DNA of 64,000 nucleotides from Halobacteriovoraceae bacterium (GTDB taxonomy: Bacteria; Bdellovibrionota; Bacteriovoracia; Bacteriovoracales; Bacteriovoracaceae). How positions within the stretch are numbered: position 1 is the first letter of the stretch; each line of letters begins with the position of its first letter. The position numbers were made by a program, and so were the translations under genes. The stretch spans positions 1,120,001 through 1,184,000 of the forward strand of contig CAVRCF010000001.1 of NCBI GenBank assembly GCA_963719505.1. The letters run 5' to 3'. The notes below the pieces were generated by a model. It searched no databases. It was given only the letters and a program-made list of their open reading frames with translations, and had not been told where the DNA came from. This document shows positions 9,495 to 19,308 of the stretch, piece by piece.

Positions 9495-11138
9495 ATGAGC
9501 AAAACCCTTCTTTTATCGCTTCTATTTTTGCTGAGCAGTGCTTGCTCCATAAAAAGTAGAAGCGAACAAAAACAGCTGCGAGATCTTTTTACTCAAAGAC
9601 AGTATACAAAAGCTTTAGAGTTTTTAGAAACCACTGACTTAAAAAAAGAGCCAACAAACAAGTTGTTATACTTAATGGAAAAAGGCCGAATCCTCTTTGC
9701 TAGTGAAAAATACAAAGAGGCTGCTGCTATTTTTATTGAGGCCAATGAGTTGGTAGATAAACTGTATACAAAAAGTATTAAGCAAGAAATAGCTTCGGCT
9801 TTGCTTAGTGATAATTCTAAAAATTATTACGGTTCGATCTTTGAAAGGTCTATGCTTTATTATTATCAAGCAATGTCGTTTCTAAAGCTCTACGAGCTAG
9901 AGGAATTACCTTCGGAGAAAAATAAGTTTCTGTATCAAGCTCGAGCATCTCTTCTGGCCTGGGACAGTTTTTTTCAAGACATTAGTAGACGCTCGGGATT
10001 GAAAACGCTCTATAAAGACTCGCTGGTTGGAAAAGTCCTGGCCGCTTCAGTTCATGAGTTGATAGGAAAGACTAGCGATAGAAATATTGCGCTTCAACTT
10101 TATAAAGATGCACTGTCGATTTTAAAAACTCAGGGACTGACTTATAAAAATCTTAACTCTAAGTCTGTTGAATACATTACAGCTCTTAAAGACAACAAAA
10201 AAACCGATGCCTCAACAATATCAAAAACGAAAAATTATGAATCACTTGAAGACTTTCTTCATTTTAAAATTTTGTCTTTGACGAAGTCACTTCGCTCTTA
10301 TGAATTTGCTAAGGTTCAAAAAAGGCTAAATCCCTCTAAGCAGGTCAAAGCTGAACTAAAGAAAGCCTCTAATGTTGATATTTTTTTGGAAGAGGGAGTT
10401 ATCAATCCTATCGAAGCCAAAATGTATTCCTATACTTTAAAGTCGGCTATCGATTCAATTGAAAACTCAAATACAAGAGCCGTGGTGGCTGGCATAGGTC
10501 TTCCGGTACTATCCTACTTTGCAATGGGACCTCTGGGACTTGGCGTTCGAGCAACCTCTGGCACAACAGCTTTTTATGGAGGACATAACTTAGGCTCCGC
10601 CGTTACACAGGAGGCTGGTATTGAGTTTGAGATGCCCTCGGCAATCGAGCCCAGTATTGAGAAGATTGAGACCATAGAGTTCTACAACGAAAGCGGAGAA
10701 AAGTTGATTACCTCTGATTCATTCACTTTGTATGGAGCTTTAAACGATATTGAGTTTTTACAAGCCAATGAGAGGGCCAGTAATTCCTATGCTAAAGTTG
10801 GGGCCAAGGTCGCTATAAAGCATATCGTGGCCATCATTGCGGCTTTTAAAACATACGACCATATAAAAAAATCAAGCGGAGAGCTCTTTGCTAAGCCGGC
10901 AGCCTTTACTCAATACATTCTTTCAGCAAAGGCAATAGCAGCGTCTGAGAAAGCTGATGTGAGACATTGGACCACCTTACCAGCTGCTCTTAGAACGAGT
11001 TCAAGTTCGCTAGCGCCTGGGAAATACAAGGTGAAGCTTAAGACAGATACTGGGGCAAAAAGCTCAGTCTTAGTTGAGCTGGGTAGCATCGAAGTGACTA
11101 AAGAGCCTAGGCAAGTTTTTACCTTTTCGCGAAATTAA
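9495..11138 (+). CDS. COG3014-like TPR lipoprotein
   Basis: Lipobox SSAC; LLYLMEKG and C-terminal EKADVRHWTTLP motif; adjacent to the LpoB-like gene. Confidence 0.65.
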   Translation: MSKTLLLSLLFLLSSACSIKSRSEQKQLRDLFTQRQYTKALEFLETTDLKKEPTNKLLYLMEKGRILFASEKYKEAAAIFIEANELVDKLYTKSIKQEIASALLSDNSKNYYGSIFERSMLYYYQAMSFLKLYELEELPSEKNKFLYQARASLLAWDSFFQDISRRSGLKTLYKDSLVGKVLAASVHELIGKTSDRNIALQLYKDALSILKTQGLTYKNLNSKSVEYITALKDNKKTDASTISKTKNYESLEDFLHFKILSLTKSLRSYEFAKVQKRLNPSKQVKAELKKASNVDIFLEEGVINPIEAKMYSYTLKSAIDSIENSNTRAVVAGIGLPVLSYFAMGPLGLGVRATSGTTAFYGGHNLGSAVTQEAGIEFEMPSAIEPSIEKIETIEFYNESGEKLITSDSFTLYGALNDIEFLQANERASNSYAKVGAKVAIKHIVAIIAAFKTYDHIKKSSGELFAKPAAFTQYILSAKAIAASEKADVRHWTTLPAALRTSSSSLAPGKYKVKLKTDTGAKSSVLVELGSIEVTKEPRQVFTFSRN

Positions 11139-11139
11139 T

Positions 11140-11166
11140 TTAATACCTGCACTTTCACTCCGATAC
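11140..11166 (+). promoter_or_regulatory. Sigma28/FliA-like promoter
   Basis: TTAA-N15-TCCGATAC, 7 nt before GTG 11174. Confidence 0.4.
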
Positions 11167-11173
11167 AGTTGGA

Positions 11174-12082
11174 GTGAAAACGATATTTATACTGATGATA
11201 TTTACTTTAAACTCTTCCTTTGCAAATGGTATTGTCCATTTGGATGGGCAATTGAGCCAATCATTAAAGTGGACTAAATATAGTAAAGACGAAAAACTAA
11301 ATCTTAAATTTTTGCTTCTCTATCTCGCTAAATCCGATACAGGTAGGGATCTCATCAGAGCCGCTAACAATAAGGCAAAGTCTTATGGATTAGGACTTTA
11401 TGATATTATTTTACCTGGTCGAGGATCAATAACGGATACGACTTTAATTAGAAGATTTAGTCAGGATAATCCAGACAATATCTCATACGAATCACGTTCT
11501 AAAGTTTACATCAATAGTGAACTTAACCAATATGATGCTCTTCTGGATCTTTCCCATGAATTGACACATTTTGTTCATCGAACGGCTTTTAATCCATACG
11601 ATCATAAATTCACCTTACCAAAGTTTATAGAAAGCACAGTTGAGGGAGAGGGCGGTGAGGTCCATGCCTTTTTAACCGAGTGCAAGGTTCTCCATGAGCT
11701 TTTCCCAAAACGAGTTCAGTCGAGATACAATTGCAAAAAAATTATAAGTGCTGATACAGGAAAAATATCAAAAGATATTGCCGTCAAAAAGTTCTATTCG
11801 ATAGGCCCTTATTACTCAAATTTTAAAACGAAACTTGATCTTCATGGGATTGCAGGAGACTTTCCCCTCATCTCGAGAAGTGAAGTCGGCTTCGTCTCTT
11901 CTGCTTATGGTATGCCTTACCCCGTCGCTGCTTACCACGAATATCAAAGCGTGTTAACGAAAGTTTGTGAGAATGATAAGCGAAGAATTGCGTATATGAA
12001 AGTTGGTGAGAAGGGAAGAACTCCGGCATCTATTTCAAAAGTAAAATCTGAATACTTGGATCGATGCTCAAGTCTAGAATAG
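11174..12082 (+). CDS. Secreted protein with HEXXH metallopeptidase-like motif
   Basis: Signal peptide; LSHELTH followed by EVHAF. Confidence 0.6.
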   Translation: MKTIFILMIFTLNSSFANGIVHLDGQLSQSLKWTKYSKDEKLNLKFLLLYLAKSDTGRDLIRAANNKAKSYGLGLYDIILPGRGSITDTTLIRRFSQDNPDNISYESRSKVYINSELNQYDALLDLSHELTHFVHRTAFNPYDHKFTLPKFIESTVEGEGGEVHAFLTECKVLHELFPKRVQSRYNCKKIISADTGKISKDIAVKKFYSIGPYYSNFKTKLDLHGIAGDFPLISRSEVGFVSSAYGMPYPVAAYHEYQSVLTKVCENDKRRIAYMKVGEKGRTPASISKVKSEYLDRCSSLE

Positions 12083-12088
12083 AATCAA

Positions 12089-12463
12089 CTAGTCCTCAAA
12101 GTGATGAATACCATCAACAACGAGTTTACCTTTACTATTTAATTTAAGAACGAACCAATTATCCCCAAACGTCGATTCACTTTTCTCTTTAATATTTACA
12201 AAGTACAGCTCGTCGACGGCACCTTTTTGAACTTTGATATCAAAATCACCCAGCTTTTTCTTTGCTTTTTTGGATTGAAAAGTATCTTTAATAAAACCGT
12301 TGAGTGTCTGAGCTTTAAAGTAAGACTCTGAAACATTGTCTTTGTAAGTTTCAAGGTCTTTGTTAAAAATAGATTCTATATAAGCCTTAGAAACTTTGGT
12401 TGCATCCTCTTTAGAGGCAGCCAGGCAAAGAGAGGAGAGCATAAGAAAGATTAGAACCTTCAT
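12089..12463 (-). CDS. Small secreted hypothetical protein (NTF2-like fold possible)
   Basis: Signal peptide; ATGA overlap with the upstream amidase gene. Confidence 0.6.
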   Translation of the reverse strand: MKVLIFLMLSSLCLAASKEDATKVSKAYIESIFNKDLETYKDNVSESYFKAQTLNGFIKDTFQSKKAKKKLGDFDIKVQKGAVDELYFVNIKEKSESTFGDNWFVLKLNSKGKLVVDGIHHFED

Positions 12464-14511
12464 ATATTCAACTCCTTTACAATCTCATCCTTCTCATCAT
12501 AGAGCCTATCGAGGATTTGATTTGCTCTTACGATCTCCGATGCTCTGTGAGTGCTAGGAAGAGAGTCTTTAAAAATCTCTGTATTGATTTCTAATATAAG
12601 GGCTTCTTGTGTCTTTATCTTATTCATCAGAGCTATAAACTCAGAGTAGGCTGGCTTATATCTATAGCTTACAGCTCTTCCCACTCTTACTTTTTCCAGA
12701 TGTTTATACTTTGAGTTTTTGTACTTGTTAAATTCTTCATCTTTAGAGAGATAAACCTCTAATCCCGTTATTCGACCAACTTCACTAAGTATTTCTTGAA
12801 CTGTTCCTGGGCAAGCTGTGTTTTTAAAGTAGTTATGTGGAACAAGTTTTTTTATATTTGGGTAGTCTTTCTTGAGTGCTTTTACTAAAGCGACAAGTTT
12901 AGGAACAAGTGCATGTTTGACCTTTGATATGTTTACTTTCTGTGCTCGATAAATTTCTGTGCCGTAGAAAGTTCTACTTTGGTGAGTGTCAAAGTTTCCA
13001 ACCACAGCAACACCAATTGATGTCATATTACCACTGAGAGAACCATCTTCATTGACGTCAGCAACATTACTTGTGGTCATGGCACATTTAAACTTATTGT
13101 TTTTAAAGCTTGTATCTTCACAGATATTTTTTGTCGTTATATTTGATCTATTGCTTTGAACTTGAGTTAAATCTTCTTTGCAGTTATAAGACTGAAAAGT
13201 TGAATAGAGAGAATTAATTTTTTCTGGTCCAAGGGGGAGTGTGTCTCCTCCTGCATGGGCACCTCTAAATGCAGGATTTCGACCCTGTATAATAGCGGGC
13301 TTTTCTAAACTTGAACCATTTGATCCCATTCCAATGAGATAGTTGTAGCCGACCATATACCATGAGCTGTTGGCCGTTGTTCTGTTCACGTGCATTTTAT
13401 GAATAGCTTCGGCATTTGTGTTTAGATTCGTTCCATCTCCAGTATGATGAACGACAACAGTATCGATAATATCAGGGCCTCTCATATTGTAAGTTGCATC
13501 TTCAGTCGGCTTTTTCGTCTTAAAGTAATCAATTTTTATTGGACATAAGCGGTCGACAAAACTTCTTTGGTCCAAGTCCACAGGTGGTGTTGGAGTTATA
13601 AGTGTAGGCTTAACAGGCTTAAAAATTGTGTTGAGATCTTTTGAGTTTAAAATATCAGCGATATCGGTTAGATCTCTTTTAAGAGTCGGTGTAGGAGCGA
13701 CATCAATCATATTTGCTGGGCAAAAGTTATTTTCATTATTCTCCAGAACTAATGCTCTAAAGTCAGATTTGCTACAGTAGTCCTTATAGTCTTCAAAATT
13801 CTCAGAATAGATAGAGACGATTGAGTCCATTATTTCTTTTTGAATAGAATCAAGTTTTCTACTGACCTGACTTAACGAGTCCGACTTATCAGAAAAACGT
13901 TTTGTGCTATTGGGATTAAAGGATTTTAAGGCACGTGAGGTTTCCTTAATGTTATTTATAATTTGTTGATTTTCATGATCGAGTCTTCCTATTTCGTCCA
14001 CAAGTTTAGATGTGGCTAGATCCCAAGAGTCGAGTTTTAAGTTTTCAGGGAGATTTTTAAAAAGTTCAGGCTGACTTCTTTGAAGTTCTTTCCATCTTTT
14101 AACAATGGTAAAATATCCTTCGATTTCTACATCTTCAGGGTCTGGGCTATTAGTTAGCCAATCAAAAAAGCCATAATTCATAAAGCTTCTATAGGGTTTG
14201 TTTTTTAAAAGATAGCTCTCGAATTCAGGATCAAGGTTTTTCATGGACAGCCACATTTTTGCCAGCTCTGGTTGATCATCTAGAGAGTTTGTATCAAAGT
14301 TTTTTAGTGTTGAGATGACGGAAGCTAAAAGCTTCTTCTTTGTTCGCTCTATTGATTTATCGAGATTTTTTACGGTTAAATCTTTATAGACCCAATCGAG
14401 AACTTTTTGACATAGCTCCCTGCTGTTCAAACCCGATGTTTGAGCGGTGGCCTGAACATTGATCATGCATATCAAAACCAGAACGAGTGAATGTCGAAAA
14501 AAAGACTTCAT
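12460..14511 (-). CDS. Secreted protein with N-acetylmuramoyl-L-alanine amidase (Amidase_2/PGRP-like) domain
   Basis: VVHHT, VGYNYLI, GAHA, SIGVAVVGNFD, PHN...TACPG zinc-amidase motifs. Confidence 0.8.
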   Translation of the reverse strand: MKSFFRHSLVLVLICMINVQATAQTSGLNSRELCQKVLDWVYKDLTVKNLDKSIERTKKKLLASVISTLKNFDTNSLDDQPELAKMWLSMKNLDPEFESYLLKNKPYRSFMNYGFFDWLTNSPDPEDVEIEGYFTIVKRWKELQRSQPELFKNLPENLKLDSWDLATSKLVDEIGRLDHENQQIINNIKETSRALKSFNPNSTKRFSDKSDSLSQVSRKLDSIQKEIMDSIVSIYSENFEDYKDYCSKSDFRALVLENNENNFCPANMIDVAPTPTLKRDLTDIADILNSKDLNTIFKPVKPTLITPTPPVDLDQRSFVDRLCPIKIDYFKTKKPTEDATYNMRGPDIIDTVVVHHTGDGTNLNTNAEAIHKMHVNRTTANSSWYMVGYNYLIGMGSNGSSLEKPAIIQGRNPAFRGAHAGGDTLPLGPEKINSLYSTFQSYNCKEDLTQVQSNRSNITTKNICEDTSFKNNKFKCAMTTSNVADVNEDGSLSGNMTSIGVAVVGNFDTHQSRTFYGTEIYRAQKVNISKVKHALVPKLVALVKALKKDYPNIKKLVPHNYFKNTACPGTVQEILSEVGRITGLEVYLSKDEEFNKYKNSKYKHLEKVRVGRAVSYRYKPAYSEFIALMNKIKTQEALILEINTEIFKDSLPSTHRASEIVRANQILDRLYDEKDEIVKELNI

Positions 14512-14517
14512 GCTCTC

Positions 14518-14544
14518 TTATCGGGTCAATGCGTAGAATACTTA
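14518..14544 (-). promoter_or_regulatory. Sigma28/FliA-like promoter
   Basis: Minus strand TAAG-N15-CCCGATAA, 6 nt before the amidase ATG. Confidence 0.45.
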
Positions 14545-14585
14545 AGCTAAATTGTTTGGTATTTGGTGTCTGTAAGTTGTTGGAA

Positions 14586-14945
14586 TTAATCATCTCCCAG
14601 ATTGATCGTGATATTTTCGAAGACCATTTTCTCTAAATAATCAATTTCGATAACAGCATCTTTATGTTTGCGGTTGGCCCTATCTTCCCATGTGTCGTAG
14701 ACCAAATGGCCTTTAATAAAAACTTTATCTCCCTTTGAGAGCATCGTTTTGTTATTTTCAGCTTGCTTACCCCAGCGTCTGCACTTGTGCCAAAATGTTT
14801 TTGGCTTGAGGTCTTTGGGAGCAGTGGCTTTTAACCTTTCACTGACTCCGACTGAAAGAGTAAGAACGGCAGTATTATTTTTAGTGTACTTCAGTTCAGG
14901 GTCAGTCCCTAAGAATCCAATAATTGTAATTTCAGAAAAGCTCAT
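14586..14945 (-). CDS. ssb: Single-stranded DNA-binding protein (short, OB fold only)
   Basis: IIGFLGTDPELKY, FWHKC..WGKQAE, LSKGDKVFIKGHL. Confidence 0.85.
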   Translation of the reverse strand: MSFSEITIIGFLGTDPELKYTKNNTAVLTLSVGVSERLKATAPKDLKPKTFWHKCRRWGKQAENNKTMLSKGDKVFIKGHLVYDTWEDRANRKHKDAVIEIDYLEKMVFENITINLGDD

Positions 14946-14952
14946 ATTATCC

Positions 14953-15738
14953 TTATGACGAAGCGGAACTATAGACCTTTAAGCCTCGTTTCCATATAAA
15001 AAGACTAGTACAAAACAAGGCCAAAGTCATCCCAACCACTGTTAACACAATTTCCCAAGTCGCCTCTTCTAGTAGGAATGATGCTGGATACGAAGCCATG
15101 ACTCCAAAAGGTAAAATATAGAGAAAGGCAAATCTAGCTGGGCCTTTGAAAATCTTCATCGGTCTCTCCATCACATGGGAGGCGGCAAAAAAGACATCTG
15201 CAAAACCTCTAGGGGAGCCAGACCAAAAGACACTTAGAAGAAACATTAGGTGCACAAGAAAGTACATCAAAGTTCCAAATAAAAGTAAGACGATAAAGCC
15301 TATAATTTTGAAGGTTGAAAATTCGCCGGGGTAGCTGACAATCATCGTTGTTAAAAGTGCGCAGGCTATGATGAGATTAACAAAAGAGTTTGCCGCGAAG
15401 TCCTTAAAAGAGAGGAAGAAAAGTGTTGAGACAGGCTTTGTAAGATAATAGTCTAAGTCACCTCTGTTTATATAAATAGGAAGCCACCAACAGTTGGTTG
15501 AAAATACAGTCATATGAAGTGCATCAATAAAAATATAGCCCGCAATAAATATAGACATCTGGTCCATATCCCAACCGGCAAGGGTATTCGTGTGAAGATA
15601 CAACACATTAAAGAAAAGAAATTGAACAAGATAGAAAATGCAATCCATCAATATTCGAAAGCAAAAATCCAATCTAAACTGCAGAGCTTTACTAAAAGAG
15701 AATTGAAGAAAGTAGGCATATAGTCTTAAATATCTCAT
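14953..15738 (-). CDS. ABC-2 family transporter permease
   Basis: Multiple TM helices, GDLDYYLTKP motif; operon with ABC ATPase. Confidence 0.85.
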   Translation of the reverse strand: MRYLRLYAYFLQFSFSKALQFRLDFCFRILMDCIFYLVQFLFFNVLYLHTNTLAGWDMDQMSIFIAGYIFIDALHMTVFSTNCWWLPIYINRGDLDYYLTKPVSTLFFLSFKDFAANSFVNLIIACALLTTMIVSYPGEFSTFKIIGFIVLLLFGTLMYFLVHLMFLLSVFWSGSPRGFADVFFAASHVMERPMKIFKGPARFAFLYILPFGVMASYPASFLLEEATWEIVLTVVGMTLALFCTSLFIWKRGLKVYSSASS

Positions 15739-16547
15739 ATGCCGACCCCAGTATATTGATACTTTCCTTTAGTCCAAATAAAGTGAGAGAGTGCGGCAAA
15801 TAAACCCATCCAAAGAAGAAGTATGCCCAAACTTTGAAAATAAGAAAAATACGTAAATTCCCCAAAAAAGACTTTCATCGGAAAATTTATCATGTAAGGA
15901 AAAGGCGTATAATTCAATATCTCTAGAGACCACTGAGGAAAAAAGGAAATGGGAATAATCGCTCCACCAAAGAAGCTTGTAATAAAACGAGTCACTACGC
16001 CTAGTGACCAGATATTATCAGCCCAAAAAGCAAGGAGCTCAGTAATTGAATTGAGAAAAAAGTAAGTGATGGAAGAGACAATTAAGACAATAACAAAAAG
16101 AGTAAGATTTACAAATGAGAAGGAGACCTCTGATTTAGTATCAAAGAAAACCGAGTAAATAAAAGTTAGAGCAAATAACTGAAAAATAAAAAATGAAGAA
16201 TGTGCAAGGTAGGTTGCAATTTTATAGAGATAAAAACTTAAAGGGTAGAGGAGAAACTTATTGAGTCTTCCCTCGTAAATATCACCTGAGATAGCCCCAA
16301 TCGTCTCTCCCTGCTGCAATCGAAAAACGATGGGAACGATGAGGTAGTAAAAAAAGATTTTATTGAGGGTGAAGCCATTAATTGAGTCCACACCTTGCGC
16401 TTCAAAAATACTTGACCATAGGTAGAAAGCGATGAGTATGGAAAAAATAGTTTGACCAAGAAAGTTAATCCAAAAGTCAGACCTGTAGGTAATAAGTTTC
16501 CTAAGTTCCATCAAATAGATATTTCTAAAGGTCGATAGGCCACTCAT
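15735..16547 (-). CDS. ABC-2 family transporter permease
   Basis: Multiple TM helices, GRLNKFLLYP and GGAIIPISFFP. Confidence 0.85.
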   Translation of the reverse strand: MSGLSTFRNIYLMELRKLITYRSDFWINFLGQTIFSILIAFYLWSSIFEAQGVDSINGFTLNKIFFYYLIVPIVFRLQQGETIGAISGDIYEGRLNKFLLYPLSFYLYKIATYLAHSSFFIFQLFALTFIYSVFFDTKSEVSFSFVNLTLFVIVLIVSSITYFFLNSITELLAFWADNIWSLGVVTRFITSFFGGAIIPISFFPQWSLEILNYTPFPYMINFPMKVFFGEFTYFSYFQSLGILLLWMGLFAALSHFIWTKGKYQYTGVGI

Positions 16548-17527
16548 TAGTGAGTTTCTTTCTTCATAATTTCTTCAATAATTGATCCAATATCTTCTTC
16601 TTGGATACTTAAATCAATAACTGAGATTGAGTTCATAAGACTTTTAGAGACCTCAATGGCAAGCTCTTTAGGTGCGTAGATGGTTATGATTCCGCCTTGG
16701 AAGGAGGTTTCACAGTGTTCAAAATATAAGGCTTTGGCTTTATCAAAATCTTCTAAAGAGATAGAAGCTCTAATAAGTCTATTTGTCGCGTACTCTTGTT
16801 TGATTTTTTGAATAGATCCATCAAAGATAAAGGTTCCCTCTTTCATAATAACAACTCTTTCACAAAGTTCTTCAATGTCCTCCATGTAGTGCGAGGTTAA
16901 AATCATGATGGGCTTATGTTTTTCTCGATATTCTTTTATAAACTTGCGAACGGCTTTTTGAGCGAGAAGATCGAGTCCTATTGTGGGCTCATCTAAAAAA
17001 ACGACTTTAGGTTTGTGTAAAAGTGCAGCAATAAGCTCTACTTTCATTCTCTCTCCAAGTGAGAGCTTGCGAACTTGAACCTTTAATTGGTCTTGGACCA
17101 TAAGACACTGTGAAAGATAATCAACCGATTCGCGAAACTCTTGGTCTGGAATTTTATAGATTTCTTTTAAAAGTAAAAAGCCATCCATTGCAGGAAGGTC
17201 CCACCATAGCTGAGCTTTTTGGCCCATGATAAGTGACATCTGGCGTCTATATCTATTGTCTTTTTTCCATGGGTCAAAGCCCACAACGGATACTTCTCCC
17301 GACGATGGGTGGATGATTCCAGAGAGAATTTTTGTAAGCGTTGTTTTTCCAGCACCATTAGATCCAATAAGACCAATGATTTCACCAGGATTAACCGTGA
17401 GATTGATGTCTTTAAGAGCTTGCTTTGTAATATACTTTCTAGAGAAGAGTGATTTTAAAGAACCGAGAAACCCCGGCTCTTTTGTATGAACTTTAAACGT
17501 TTTTGATAAGTTTTTGACTTGAATCAT
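16547..17527 (-). CDS. ABC transporter ATP-binding protein
   Basis: GSNGAGKTT, LSLGE, FLDEPT. Confidence 0.95.
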   Translation of the reverse strand: MIQVKNLSKTFKVHTKEPGFLGSLKSLFSRKYITKQALKDINLTVNPGEIIGLIGSNGAGKTTLTKILSGIIHPSSGEVSVVGFDPWKKDNRYRRQMSLIMGQKAQLWWDLPAMDGFLLLKEIYKIPDQEFRESVDYLSQCLMVQDQLKVQVRKLSLGERMKVELIAALLHKPKVVFLDEPTIGLDLLAQKAVRKFIKEYREKHKPIMILTSHYMEDIEELCERVVIMKEGTFIFDGSIQKIKQEYATNRLIRASISLEDFDKAKALYFEHCETSFQGGIITIYAPKELAIEVSKSLMNSISVIDLSIQEEDIGSIIEEIMKKETH

Positions 17528-18894
17528 CTGTTTCCATTAACAGGCTTCTTAAAGTTTTTACGAAACGGCTTTTTCTTAAAAGGTCTCTTTTTATTCCCAC
17601 CACTAGACTTTTGAGCTCTCTCTATTTCTTCCAGAGGTTTCTCACACTTCTCCAAAAGGAAACCTTTGAGATAAGATCCTTCTGGAAACTTTGGCATTGA
17701 AGGACAGTCGTCATTGAGACCATAGTAAGTCGATGTTTTAAGCTTAAGGCCTTTGGCTTTAATAATGTCGTGAATTTTGAATTGAAACTTTTTGCGATTC
17801 ACTTTATGTGTGTTTAAGAACACAACAGCTTTTCCATTCTCAGATAAAAGAGAATTAATTTGTGGAATTATTTTTTCGTAATCACTTAAAGCATTCGTTC
17901 TTTTGTTACCATCACTACTTGAGCTTGGTGGGTCACAGATAATTAAGTCATATTTTTTGCCACTAGCATTAAGCTCTTTTAAAGCATCCTTAACCGGCAT
18001 GGTCATTGATGTGTGCCCTTTTGTATCAAACTGCTCATTTAGAGCAAGATTCTCTTCGAGCCATTCAATATATTTTTCAGATAAATCGACTGATGTGACT
18101 TCAGTCGCGGCATTTTTAAGAGCGTAAAGTGAAAAGGCTCCCGTGTATGAATAAAGGTTTAAAACTGAACCCGCTTTTTCAAAAAGTGGCGCCATTTTCT
18201 CTCTGACCGAAGACATATCTGTGTAAAGACCAATATCGTACTGACTTCCTAGGTTTAATTTGTATTTAACGCCATACTCTTCAACTTCTAAATTTTTAAA
18301 TGATAAATTCGGATCAAAACAAACAGCTCCTGCTTTATGAGCATCAGAGTCCACTCTCATCTGTTTCCAAATTTGGCTTTTATAGATATCGATATCAAAA
18401 ACATCTCTCATCTTCTTCATAATAGTTTCAAGAATGAAGTTTTCAAATTTATCCCAAAAATAAGTATAGTGTTGAATGAGAATTTCTCCATCAAGGTACT
18501 GAATAAAAAGGCCTGGAAGAAGGTCAGCTTCTCCGAAAACGAGATAGAAATTATTTCTTTTTTCTAAAAGCTTAATTGTTTTTCTCATTCTAAAAGCTGT
18601 ATCAATTCTTTTTGTGCAATCTGCTTTAAACGACTTTGCTTGCTTTTCAAGATTTCCACCTTTGGCCCAAAGTCTTCCTCTTACGATCTTATGTTGAGGG
18701 TCATGGATGAGAAGTGCAAACGGCTTTCTGTCAGCAGTTGCAATAATAAACTTCTCTTTAGGTTGAAATTTCTCTGAGTATTCATCTAATGTCACCCAAG
18801 GGTTTCCTTGATTGATCATCTTTACCGAAGTGGGATGAATTTCATAACTCGCAACACGGCTGTGTGCATTTCCATAATTGTTTGAACGGTGCAT
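17524..18894 (-). CDS. Class I SAM-dependent rRNA methyltransferase (RlmI/RlmK-like)
   Basis: GEADLLPGL, VLNLYSYTGAFS, IICDPPS. Confidence 0.85.
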   Translation of the reverse strand: MHRSNNYGNAHSRVASYEIHPTSVKMINQGNPWVTLDEYSEKFQPKEKFIIATADRKPFALLIHDPQHKIVRGRLWAKGGNLEKQAKSFKADCTKRIDTAFRMRKTIKLLEKRNNFYLVFGEADLLPGLFIQYLDGEILIQHYTYFWDKFENFILETIMKKMRDVFDIDIYKSQIWKQMRVDSDAHKAGAVCFDPNLSFKNLEVEEYGVKYKLNLGSQYDIGLYTDMSSVREKMAPLFEKAGSVLNLYSYTGAFSLYALKNAATEVTSVDLSEKYIEWLEENLALNEQFDTKGHTSMTMPVKDALKELNASGKKYDLIICDPPSSSSDGNKRTNALSDYEKIIPQINSLLSENGKAVVFLNTHKVNRKKFQFKIHDIIKAKGLKLKTSTYYGLNDDCPSMPKFPEGSYLKGFLLEKCEKPLEEIERAQKSSGGNKKRPFKKKPFRKNFKKPVNGNR

Positions 18895-18897
18895 AGT

Positions 18898-19215
18898 TTA
18901 CTGAACTCTTGTTTTGATAATGTTCTCTGTTTTATCTAAGATTTGCAGAAGAACGTTGGTAAATTCAAATGGATTAGATGTAAAGTCTTCTAGTCCAAAC
19001 TCGTTAATTATATTTTCAACTTCCACACCCATATGGTCATCGTACGGATCAAAGTTGTGACACAAAAAATTAAGCTTTTTTATGACGATATCAAGCTGTC
19101 CACTTTCCATATTTTTAAGCATGTTTTCAAAGTCTAAAACAAGGGTTTGCCTTTGCGAAAGATCGGAAATACCTGGGCTAAGTTTAGAAAGTTTTGTCAT
19201 GAAGGTTTTTTGCAC
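18898..19215 (-). CDS. Hypothetical protein
   Basis: 105-aa ORF immediately upstream of the methyltransferase operon; start may be ATG 19200. Confidence 0.55.
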   Translation of the reverse strand: MQKTFMTKLSKLSPGISDLSQRQTLVLDFENMLKNMESGQLDIVIKKLNFLCHNFDPYDDHMGVEVENIINEFGLEDFTSNPFEFTNVLLQILDKTENIIKTRVQ

Positions 19216-19246
19216 TCATCAAGTTCACTGTCAAGCACAAAAATAG

Positions 19247-19297
19247 TAAGTATTTGAAAATAGGTAGTAAAAGGAGACTGTTGGCCTCTAATTTGCT
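19247..19297 (+). promoter_or_regulatory. Sigma54-type promoter with upstream IHF-like site
   Basis: TGGCCTCTAATTTGCT (GG-N10-GC) at 19282-19297; TAAGTATTTGAAA at 19247-19259. Confidence 0.5.
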
Positions 19298-19308
19298 TAG
19301 TTTTTGGA

